Part shown: one piece after another, positions 53,701 through 64,000 of the stretch
How positions within the stretch are numbered: position 1 is the stretch's first letter
Layout of the letters: each line of letters starts with the position of its first letter
From: Phoronis australis
Lineage: Eukaryota; Animalia; Phoronida
Assembly: GCA_002633005.1 (NCBI GenBank)
Contig: NMRA01000354.1
Location: forward strand, 325,876-389,875
DNA: 64,000 bases
Direction of reading: 5' to 3'
Made by a program: the position numbers and the translations under genes
Notes under the pieces: model-generated
What the model was told of the DNA's origin: nothing
The model's database searches: none
The model's input: the letters and a program-made list of their open reading frames with translations, nothing else

Positions 53701-54978
53701 ACAAACTCTTCCGCATCAAACGGATCCTGCGTAAATTGAAACCATCATTTTGACATTTATAATGCGTGAGTCAGGAGTTTAAGACACTTCAGCCAAGACA
53801 CTAAAAACATCCAACTGAGTGCCAGAAAACAACAATACGGATTCTGCTTAACTTTAGTATCTCAAAAAATCCGTGAGAATCCTAGAATTTGGCTCCTGGT
53901 AAAAATTGACCTATCGCAAGCTCTGCTCTCTAGAGAAATGTCGACAAGCAATAAGTTTTATATCCGGCACATGTTGTTTGCCGGGTAAAATGGCGGCTTG
54001 GAAACGAAGGTGTGTCTTGAATGCTGCATTCTGATTGGACAGGTCAACTGCAAAAGTATTGCTAACTCTAGAAAGTACAAGCAACAGGGATCTATTTGTT
54101 CAAATTTCATTTTCATTGAGCAATTCACCTGAACCGTTTTGCTCAAATTAGTGACACAAGTGACCAATTTTTTACCCACAGCCTTTTATAGTACACTTTC
54201 TCACGTTTTCAGGATAAGCATGTTATGATATCCTAAAAGTTAAATCAGTGCTCGATTTGGCAAACGCGACCTCAAATCTAACCACTGGGAGTATTTCGTC
54301 AGACAACAATTCTCCCTAAATTCATTTCAAAGTTCGTGTTGACTATCCCAACTTTAAATTACTAACAGTGTACCTAGATTCATTACATATGATTCACAGT
54401 TCTTCCCTTTATTTCATGAAATCAGAACATTTGCCACCCCAGCACTGCACAGCAGTCAGCACATATCAAATATGCACTTAAATTACAACAGGAAGTCAAC
54501 AGACAGAAGTCGGAATGAGTATACATTGGGTTTTTGGGAAGATTTTTGTGTTTTGACAGCGATTTTGTTGCGAACTCGTTGGCACAGGACACTGAAAATG
54601 CTATCAGAAGAAAGAACAATTGCTCATGGTTTGGTGAACTTCTGTTTTCAGTGTTTTGTGAAAATTTATTAAGTTTTGTGTTTGATATGGATGAATGGAT
54701 GGTTGAAGTGAAGCACCCGTGGAACTCCCAGTCCCAAATGTGATACCTTGTAGTATCATGGGTGGCACAGCACTGAAAATAGTGGGGGAGCGCCGTCCAT
54801 GAGTAAAAAATATAGTGTATTTGTGAAGATGAGAAGCTGAGCCTGGCTGAGGCTGAGTACGCTAGCCTTGTGCCAGGCACTGGCAGACAGTAAAATAAAG
54901 AACTTATCTCCCACAGTGCATACACTTAACACTGAACAATTCCTTTACCTGCTCCAACTCCTGAAGATGAACAGACAT
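38769..54978 (-). CDS. EXOC5: Exocyst complex component 5 (Sec10), 17 coding exons, ~715 aa
   Basis: Exons (-): 54978-54949, 53726-53484, 52976-52779, 52106-52039, 51553-51525, 51364-51255, 50635-50450, 49057-48978, 48249-48136, 47829-47740, 46374-46212, 45215-45107, 44279-44156, 43504-43306, 42218-42062, 40753-40593, 38855-38769. Total 2148 nt, all GT-AG and in frame. Diagnostic peptides: PFDAEEFVERLVWR, LDERINFVATKVVHLGDQLEGVNTPRSRAVEAQKL, GETFLSQEVAINLLQE, EQKKTDFKPE, DGKNVDVVLAEFG, FVQLRADYKS. Confidence 0.97.
40935..41442 (+). mobile_element. Diverged copy of the 13693-15228 Helentron-like element, in an EXOC5 intron
   Basis: Same subunit motifs (CTGCCACTAGGGGG, GGCCACTAGGTGG, TCACTAGGGGGCAC) in the same order. 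Ends in hairpin GTGCCTA..TAGGCAC followed by ATAAAAA. Confidence 0.7.
45305..45640. repeat. ~39-40-bp degenerate minisatellite (about 8-9 copies), EXOC5 intron
   Basis: Recurrent GCAACTGTTGTATAAATTCATAGTAACATAGTAACTTGTT-like units. Confidence 0.85.
49596..50363. mobile_element. Tc1/mariner-pogo-type MITE with TA target duplication (contains assembly gap 49731-49924)
   Basis: TA|CCGTATTCGCCGTAATAAC ... GTTATTACGGCGAATACGG|TA forms perfect terminal inverted repeats, with internal ATAAGCGCCC repeats. Confidence 0.85.
53150..53217. repeat. Perfect palindrome, 33-bp arms with 2-nt spacer, EXOC5 intron
   Basis: TATAAATCGGTAAATAAAACAACAAGAATGGAT-TG-ATCCATTCTTGTTGTTTTATTTACCGATTTATA. Confidence 0.95.
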
Positions 54979-56555
54979 GATTTTGACTTCCTGCTTCACA
55001 TGCCGTATTTTAACAGAAAAAAATCCTGCAGAAAGAAAACCAACAAATCCCCAATATTTAGTGTGGCGTGAAAATTACCAGGCTACTTAAATTGTACACG
55101 ATTCGAACTCTCCTGCACATGAAGTCAAAAAGCAAAAAATAGGTCACGCATGCCTTGCTGTTGGTTAGTTAGTAATTTTGTTTCTTTTTGTCTTAAACTG
55201 GTTAAAAGCGGTAACGCAGTGTTCATTGAATAGTTTAGGTTAATGTCAATGCTTTATAAAATTTGTTTTCATGTCATAGATAGCATAACCTATGCTCATT
55301 TTCACGCGATTAAAATCATTATTATCCACTGCCTGGCACTGCATTACTCACCATTCACTACACTGCACTACACTAGTCACTAGACAACAGTCAACAGCAA
55401 CGTTGACAGCACGGTCCTGTCGGCAGTACTGCAGCGCACAGGACATGTATAGCGATCCCAAATTTAGAGAACCAGTTTCATCCACTGAGTAACGGGCCCG
55501 TTATTCAGTGATTTCCTGGTTCTCTAAATCATGGACCGCTATATCCGATGTTCCTTGACCAACACTTGAGCTAATGTCTTGGGCTTGATTTGGGTTTGGT
55601 CACATTCAGTATTTTTCAAAGAAATTTTTCAGATACTAGTACTCCGTACCGAATGTTGTTTTATGACAAGTTATGTAATACTGAAAATTATTTCTTTATT
55701 TTTATTGACAAATATGGCAAAATAAAACTAAAGGGGAAAGCAATAATTTTTGAAGAACTTAACGTTTAGTGAAAATTAAGGTGTCTGGTTCTCTTGGAAT
55801 TTTTTTGTATTATTTCCCGGCGTGTATTTGCTATCTATGAAACTATAGGAAGTGATGTAGTGATGTAATTGGCCGGATAAAGCACCCACATCTTGGTTTT
55901 TAAATAGTTCCACTGAGGAAACACTTGTCCTACACCCTGTTGAGGTCAGTGTGTGCTGGTTATTCATGTTTGGTCAATCATAAAGTGAATACTGAACCAA
56001 GACGCGGGCCCTTTGTCTGGCCATTTAGAACACTTTCTATTGTTCATGAAAGCAAGTATAAGCTGACGGAACAGCATTTAACATGGAGAATTAATGTCAA
56101 TACATGGTAACTATCAATCTTGCCCAGTTTTTTATAGGTTAAGGAGCAACCTACTGGATGGCACTGTTACATGCCTACAACATATAGTGCATGGCAATGA
56201 ATGGAAACGTCTGTCCGTTTTCGTAAAGGAGGCAGGCAGACTTGAAAACTTCCGTCACGAAGAACCATAACGGATTCTCATGCTTTTAGCTCAGCTGTTT
56301 GGTTCGGAATGGGCCCACCCATGAGGCCTGTGCACATCTGATGCACTGCAAATGACATCAGGCTATCTGCACTTTTTTTTAATTAGCAATCTATACTTTA
56401 ACTAAAGGTGACATCAAAAATGTTTTGTCTTTCCCTTTAATAGGCAACATGTATTTGTAATACCTCAAGTTATGATGTATCGTTATGGTTGTTGCTGTAA
56501 ATGTTTTGATTAAAGCCGTGGCTGAGAATTCCCTTTTCTTCTCTATAGGTAAACC
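54979..56555. promoter_or_regulatory. Divergent (head-to-head) promoter and 5' UTR region between EXOC5 and RBM34
   Basis: Start codons are 1.58 kb apart on opposite strands. Both first coding exons are preceded by splice acceptors (~55027 on -, 56548 on +), so non-coding first exons and TSSs should lie between them. Confidence 0.6.
55448..55543. mobile_element. Palindromic mini-MITE; related copy at 58396-58498
   Basis: TATAGCGATCC..TTTAGAGAACCAG..CACTGAGTAACGGGCCCGTTATTCAGTG..CTGGTTCTCTAAA..GGACCGCTATA. It shares GAGAACCAGTTT..TCCACTGA with the reverse complement of the 58.4-kb palindrome. Confidence 0.65.
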
Positions 56556-59500
56556 ATGTCAGGTAAAGGTGAATATGTTGTTGGTGGTATAGCCCAGCTG
56601 TTGCAAGGTCAAGGTAACAAAGATGTGTTGACGAATGAGAAAAAGAAGAAACGCAAATTGCAAAATGGTGACGAATCTGCACCAAAAGAAAAATGTAAAA
56701 CACCGAAGCAGAATAAAACTGCCAAAGTTACCTCTCCTGACTCGGATGTTGGCCTATTGAAAAATCTTTCTGGAGAATCAACGGACATATCGCACTCTCC
56801 CAGGAAAAAAATCAAAATTAAAAAGACTCCAGATCCAGTTGGGCAAACAAAGATTAAACCAAAGAGGAAATCAGAGCCTAAGGGTAAGGAAGAGTTTCTC
56901 CATTCAGAGGGGTCACCGATCAAGGGAAAAGTAAAGAAATTCAAAAGTGAACCAAGTAGCCGAGAGAGTTTGAAGGCAAAGACAAAAAAGAGCAGAAATG
57001 GTGATGGTAAAATGGATCAAACTCAAAAGCGCTTGTCTGTCACTCCTCCCGGTGATGGGGGTACCAATGGCCGATTGACAAAGTGTCAAAAAAGGCTACG
57101 GAGGATGCGAAATCTGCGGCTAAAGCGTGAAGCAGAAAAGGCTCAATTGGGTTTACAGGGGGAACCCAGTGGTGGGCAGGCTATAGTGGGCAACACTGGA
57201 AAGGGTGGTGATCAGAGTGGTGATTGTGGAACTGTTCAGACAACTGGTTCTAAAAAATCAAGGAAAAAGAGGACACAAAAGTTGAGTGATAATGATAAAG
57301 AGACACCTGTGGAAAAGAGCAGTACTACTAGCTCTTCTGTTGTGAAGGTAAGCTCAGACAGTAAATCCGGGAAGAGGAAAAAACGAGCTGTGGAAGATAA
57401 AGAGAACAGTGAGAGCAAAGTAAGTAGCGGAACTGTTCATAAGAAGAAGAACAAGTCAGATGGTTACGCACCACCCCCTGGTGTGGTACATGAGTCACTT
57501 CTTGAAGAACAGAAAGGTGCTCCAAGGTATTGATATTGCAATGAGTCTAGTGGTTACTGTTAGCATCATTTACATGTTGTTCAATTAATTATGCGCCATT
57601 AACATACTTGCAGTGTGAAACTTAGCACTTAATTTTTTTCTGTCAGACTTCGTGATTTGGTAAGAAATTTACTCCTGGCTTCATATTGAATAGTTGTGGT
57701 AAGTTATAATACCGAAAATTTTAACAATTTAATTCCAAAAAGCAAGGCTAACTATACAACTTATAGTGTTGTTTCAAACAGATGTTTGGTTCTCTGATTT
57801 TCACTTATTTTATTTTATTTTAGTTCATTATCTGGAACCGAGGAAGCAGACAAGGCACGTGCAAGAAGAAAAAAGGTGGAAAACTCTCATAGAACTGTGT
57901 TTGTTGGAAACCTTCCTGTGACATTTTCCAATAAGGTGCCGATTAGATTATTTCACGTGTTCATCAAATCTATGTACACTATATTAAGTTTTACTCCATG
58001 ATATCATGGGATTGTGCATAAAGCAATTTGAGCAGTGCTTTGATACAAAGTTCTTGATAGTTTCCTGATAGCCTTTTTGTTTCGAAGATGCTACATTTCC
58101 ATGAAAATACCATTAGGAATCTTTGAGTTGTGCTTGTGAAATTTTACAAGCTGTGGAAACTAGTTTCTTAAACCACGTCAAAAGAAAGATGGAAGCATTG
58201 CAGAACCACTGGTTTCTCCATATCTTTACTGGGACCTCTTTTAAGAGAACTTGTAGTACTTTAAACTTTATGATTTGGTTATCTTAATAATTTCATAATA
58301 ACTACATCATTGACTGCTTATTTCTTGGCCTTCACATTTTGTTAACTTTAGTTTAAAACTTAAAAAGAGGATGCGCAATAAATTTTGTTTAGGGTAATAG
58401 TCTGATATAACGTGCCCGCATTTTGAGAACCACTTTGATGCTGTTGTTCAGTGGAGAAAACTGGTTCTCAAAATTGGGGCACATTATATCAGACTATTGC
58501 TTTTGTTCGGATTTATTTTTAAAACAAGTTACTATGACCTGTTTCTACATTTTTGGATTCCTTTAAACTGCAGGACTTGAAGAAGCTCTTCAGAAAGTAT
58601 GGTGAGATTGACAGTGTAAGGATACGATCAGCGGTGAGTGGTAAATGTAATTTGTAATTTCTTGTAGAAGACCAAGTCATCCGTTTTACATAATTATGAC
58701 ATCCCTTAAAATCACTGCGGGCATTAATACGACAAGGATTTTCCGCAGTTACAGCTCTTTAATCCAAAGCCATTCACAAATACAGACACGTTTGCACTGC
58801 CTATTGTATTGGGAGAAGTGGAAATGTAATCAGCAAAATTCAAAATCTTTCCGATGACATTTAAAGTTGTGATTTCAGTTAATAGTTTACCAATTTTTAA
58901 AAATCAAAAGCTCAGCTTTTCTGGTAGTAAAACATCGCGATAGTTATTCTCTGAAGTGTTAGGTGTAAAGCTTTTGTAAGTTAGGCCTGAGTTGCTTACC
59001 ACTGTTGATTAACCAGACAAGATCACGCTTAAAACAAGACTCACTAAAACGTAACAGTAGATCAGCCTTTGGGCACATGAGGGATTTCATCCTAAGGCTG
59101 TTGTCAGTTATAATACCACATTGTTGGGGCTCTGTGGTTAAAATTTTTTATACTGATTCCTCTAGGGTTATGTGCAGAAGCTGAAAAGAGAATTTTAAAG
59201 TTGATTGAGAGTAGCACTTGTTGGTTGCTCAGGTACCCATTATAAATTTAAGCTGCATTTTGCTTTGTTTAGCTAGCAAAAACATTAAAATTGAATTGGG
59301 CTGTTTACTCTCATAAAATCGGTCTTGCAATATTCCTTAGTGTGATAGAATTCTATTTCCATTGCCAACAAGAATGTTGAAACCATCAGTAACTCAAGAA
59401 ATTATTTCTGAGTTTATTATGTTGGCCAACATAAAATTACAGATTTAAAATGGTGCAAAGACTTTAGCAGCATTTCAAGTTGGAAAGAGCCTGGTAATGT

Positions 59501-62500
59501 TTTAAACCTCAAAGTGCTTCGGCTTAGAATTCAACACTGATAGCTTAACAGTGGCAAAATGTTCCTCTATTGTTCGTTTTTCATTGTATGGTATCTGGTA
59601 CCTTGATTTCAACTGTAGAAATCTTGCAGTCATTGTTTGGGTGCTTACAAACTGTACCGTTTGTTTCGTAAAGGAGTCTTTTTTTGTAAAAACATTGTCA
59701 CTGTATGAAACTTATGAAAATGTGCAATCTACAAGTCATCACGTCAAGGTGTGTGGTGGTCACAATGACTACAAACCTGTGTTTGGTCAGAGAAAGAAAC
59801 ATTTTAGTTAGACCACTTAAAACTGCAGAAGTGAGCTTAACGTGCTCTTCACTTAGGTGAGGCATGGTCTCTAGGATTAGAAAAAAATCTAAGTTTTTTT
59901 CCTGCTTTAGATTATGCTGTGTTTATAGAATAACGTACTGTGACAAGCCACCTTGAGACCTTGTTCTCAAGCAGTAATAAGCTGTCAGTTCTTTCCAAAG
60001 CAAAAAAATCATGTCTCAGGTAATTTGACTGAGGAACATGTTTCGATCAGTTTATACTGGTTGGTGGTGCAAATCAAAATTTTGTGAAAGAAAGTGGTGT
60101 CATTTCTGCGTGAAACCACTGCTGTTATAATTTACATGTGTTGTTCAATAATTGCTCGTGTAATTTTTACAGGTGGCTTCAGATCTATCCCTTCCCAAGA
60201 AAGTGGCGGTTATAAAGTATGAACTTTTTGTATTTTAAGAATCCATTGCGATGGCAAATTAATTGCTTCAATGGACACCATTTTGCAAGTTTTGCATACT
60301 ATTATTTTATTTAGAATTGATCAAGCAGTTCCATTAACCATTTCTGAATTGAGCTGAAAGGCTTTTCTGATTGATGAGCTGTTTGCTTATGATTGGTGCA
60401 TCGAGGCAGTTGGGAGGTGACTCAATGGCTGTAGGTCTTATGATTGGTGTATCGAGGCAGTTGAGAGGTCACTAAATGGCTACTGGTCTTCGTTTATTTC
60501 AACGTCTGTAGTTAGTGAGCATTTGATATTCAGTGATGTGAAGGGATTGCATGTTCTTTCATCAGAAATAACGTCTTTTTGTCAAGATGTTTGATTTGGG
60601 GCTCATACCACGACAAAACTGGCCTCAATTTGCTCTTCACTATGATTGTAATTTCTGGGCCTTGGAAGAAATTTTAGTTTGTTTTTGCTTGATATCATGA
60701 TCAACTGGTGAAAACACCAACCCACCCTGTTGACCCTGCTTTCCAGCATAAACAAGCTGTCAGTTCTTTTCAAGCCCATGGGTAAGTTTCATGAAAAGTG
60801 ACTTAGACTTAAGACAGAAATTTGGTCTTACGCTCCACATAACTATTCCTGAAAAATAACTAAATCTCTATTGAGAAAAACTACAAAGTATCTGAAAATG
60901 AATCCATAACCACAGGTTACTGAGGTATAAATTATAAATTATTTTTGGACTGTGATGCGCTCATAATTCCTTGGTTAAACCCTTTTTCAGCAATTATTGT
61001 TTTAAGCCACTTTCATGAAACCGAGCTCAGAAGTTGCTCCTAATATCAGTACGAAACACATTGGAACTAGTTTTATAACCATACGTGACCTACATTGGAA
61101 ATGAGTTTTTGACAGAATACATCTTTATATGTGATTGTAAAGCAATACTCTTGGTTTCTTCGTCCAGACAAAAGTACCATTCGACCCTTCAACGACTGAA
61201 TGGTTATGTAGTCTTCAAGGAAAAAGAGTCTGCTCAGAAAGCTTTGAGGAAAAATGGTAAAGCAGTTGAAGGACATCATTTGAGAGTTGACCTTGCTGAT
61301 GCTACATCTGGTGGGAACAGCAAGAAACAAGTAGGAGTTACTGAAAGTGGTGTTTATTGGGTTGTTGCAACTAATTGTTACTTCCAAGTCTTTATCAATC
61401 AATAATAAGTGGTGCAATTGTTACTTATTGTGTAAGCTTAAAAAACAGACGATGTATGTTGGCACTTGCTGTCTTTTGTATATAATTATCCTGACGATGT
61501 CTAATGAATTGACAAAACATTGAATGAATATGAATTTTTTTATTTGTGTGGCGATCTTCCGTTTTTAATCTTATTATGGCCAAAAACTGATTTAATTATT
61601 GTGTGAGGCCTCATATATATTATATTTGTGTCGTGCTAAACAGGTTTCAGTACACAAGATAATTGGTTTGGAAACTTAGTGATTGATAAGGTTTGGTTAT
61701 TCTAAAACTGAAAAAGATTACAAGTACTATTTTTGTCTAGAGTCTATACAGAAAGTATAAATAATATTGCTTTCAGACTCATGACATAGTTCTAATAGTC
61801 AATCACTTTTACTTTCAGCATGACTATGCCCGGTCTGTCTTTGTTGGCAATTTGCCCTTTGGTAAGCATTGAAAACTCTAAATAACTGTCGTTTTCCTCT
61901 GTGTTCATGTTATCTCTAGCGCAAAAGGCATCATTTTGAACTCCAATCTCAACACAGTACTTAAAGGGAAAATGAACAAATGCCTCCTGTTAAAACCTTT
62001 GAGGACAATTACTGTCAGCATAGAATTAGTTTAGTCTTTAGAAATCATTTCTGAAAAAATCAGTTACAGTTACTAAGAAGTAGTATGGCTATTGAGAGTA
62101 TCTCAGGCAATTCTTAACATTGTAACCAATTTGAATTCAAACAAAAGATAAGAATGTGATGATCTTGTTTTGGAAGGGCAAAACTGAGTTTGAAGAAAGT
62201 TTTTATTTTTGATGCCAAAACAGTGGCGTTGATGTCTGCAGTTGCATTTCGCAATATTAGTTTCTGCATAATGTTTTGTTTGTGCAGCCTCACTTCAGAA
62301 TGGCTGAACTATGAAATTTTGCAGATGTATTACTAGTGTCGAGAATTTGGTTTTGACAGATTTCATCACGACTAGGGCACGGCTTATAGCAGCTTTAAAA
62401 TGTCTGCTTTCACACACCACTCCATATTTAATGGCAACATTTGTGTGTGAGGCTGAGTCTGAGGTAGAAATCTCAATGAAACATGTCTTTAATCTTCAGT

Positions 62501-63908
62501 TTGTCTGTTGACATTGTTCAGGCAGTGTGAAGCCCTGGGCAATTTAAAGGTGCATTTCGCCCCATTTAGTTGGCTAAAAACGAAAAAATTAAATTAGTCC
62601 TATTACTCTCATAAAATCGGTGTCATAACATTCCTCACCGTGACTGGATTCCATTTCTGTTACCAACTCAAGTCTTCATTGTGTATATGCACCATTTTCA
62701 AATCACAATTTTTGGGGTAGCCAAACATCGATAAATTCTTGAAACATTTTTTTTGCATTGCTTATGGTTTCGATGTTTTTGTTGGTAATGGAAATATTAT
62801 CCCATCACGGTAAGGTACATCATGATCCCAGTTTTATAAGCGTAGAAGCTCTAATTCTTTTTGTTTTTTCTTTAGTCGGCTAATGCTTAATGCAGCTTCA
62901 TTAGCAATGTCAATGTTTGTGACGCAGAAATTTTGCTACATTTGTACGGCCAAAACTTCCTAGCTTAATTTTCCAAAAAGACACCAGAACAAATTGGTGG
63001 TGTGGTATTTTTTTAGTTGCTCAATTTTTCCATATGGAAAAAAATCCACCTGAGACTAGTAAAAGTAATGCAGGATTTTTTGCTCATCGCTTGACAAATC
63101 ATTGAGTTTCAAACCTTGCTTGTGTGCCTTGCTGCACGAAACCTTGGCTGAAATTGATGCGAGCAGGCGTTTTTTATTTTTTGTAAATCTCAAATGAGTT
63201 GGGGTATAGACTGTGCCAACTAATGCTTTTTATCAAATAACATTTGGATGCATTTGTAAAGTAAGAAAATGTGTGAATTTTCAGTTATGCTATGAAAGTC
63301 ATTTCTATGTGGTTTCACTTCTTACGGGGCTGTGGTAACATTACGTTAACTTTCAGACATTGATGAGGACAGTGTTAGGAAGCACTTCAAACAATGTGGC
63401 CCGGTAGAAAATGTACGAATTGTGCGCGACGCTGCCACTGGCATTGGAAAAGGTTTTGGATATGTGCTGTTTCAGGTAACCCTGTTTATCTCCAACGGCT
63501 TATCTATATGTTCTACAGCTGTTAGTATGCTTCAAGTAAGCAGTATGTGTAACAAATACCGAAATGTGGGATTAGACCTCCATGTTAGATGTTTACTTTA
63601 ACACTAAGTAAAACTATTCAGGAGTGGATTATAAAAGAACGTGTATATTTGAGTTACATAACTCCATTTTCCAAAACGTCTGTTTGAAATCTTCTAATTT
63701 GTTTTAAGGGCTCAGGTTACTAGACCCACACTCAGTTAGAAAGAGAGTTCAAGTAACTGTCTGTACTACTGGTATGTTCAACATAATTCCCTTTAAACAG
63801 GAATCTGATGCAGTGTCCCTTGCCCTGAAGCTCAATGGACGCCAACTAAACTCGCGTACACTACGTGTGACCAGAGCTGTCAAAAAAGAAAAGAAACCAA
63901 AACAGAAT
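56556..63908 (+). CDS. RBM34: RNA-binding protein 34 (Nop12 homolog), two RRMs; probably 3'-partial
   Basis: Exons (+): 56556-57526, 57824-57935, 58574-58633, 60173-60216, 61168-61330, 61819-61861, 63357-63475, 63801-~63908. RRM1 is RTVFVGNLP..LKKLFRKYGEIDSVRIRS..LPKKVAVIK..NGYVVF..GHHLRVDLA. RRM2 is SVFVGNLPFDIDEDSVRKHF..VENVRIVRDAATGIGKGFGYVLF..LKLNG..LRVTR. The N-terminus is K-rich and begins EYVVGGIAQLL. Confidence 0.93.
60387..60490. repeat. 51-bp tandem duplication, RBM34 intron
   Basis: CTTATGATTGGTG(C/T)ATCGAGGCAGTTG(G/A)GAGGT..AATGGCT occurs twice. Confidence 0.85.
62543..62900. mobile_element. Kolobok-like MITE (same family as 6373-6740 and ~59247-59420)
   Basis: TTTAAAGGTGCATTTCG..TTTAGTTGGCTAAAAACG start, with an inverted end ..TTTAGTCGGCTAA..AATGCAGCTT. 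Confidence 0.6.
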
Positions 63909-64000
63909 GTATCCTTTTTTAACCGGTGATCATATATGAGGAAACTTACGTTTTCCAGAGTTTGGTGTTGTGTAGTGGTTTGTGTTGAGGCCTGATGCAA

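Noticed and set aside
57527-63800. Intronic C/D or H/ACA snoRNAs in RBM34
   Set aside because: Expected by analogy with other ribosome-biogenesis hosts, but I saw no convincing box C/box D pair with terminal stem. An Infernal/Rfam scan would be needed.

Overview
AT-rich, intron-rich eukaryotic genomic DNA, most consistent with a marine invertebrate bilaterian (inferred from gene structure and repeat types; the species cannot be named from this window). The left ~38 kb is repeat-rich and holds a divergent matrix metalloproteinase (- strand, running off the left edge), two paralogous LRAT/PLAAT (HRASLS-like, NlpC/P60) genes, a secreted PAN/apple + fibrinogen-domain lectin (5 exons) and one orphan guanylyl-cyclase exon. 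These sit among LINE, Penelope, Academ-like, Helentron-like and MITE remnants. The right ~26 kb holds a complete 17-coding-exon EXOC5/Sec10 (- strand) head-to-head with RBM34/Nop12 (+ strand, probably continuing past the right edge). The most notable observations are a Helentron-like element carrying a phased array of CTCF-consensus-like motifs (450-bp higher-order repeat), a PLAAT paralog whose 14-aa repeat tail is cut by a single-base loss, atypical metal-site substitutions in the MMP, and the PAN-FReD architecture. All gene models were spliced by hand from GT-AG boundaries and frame continuity; no database searches were run.
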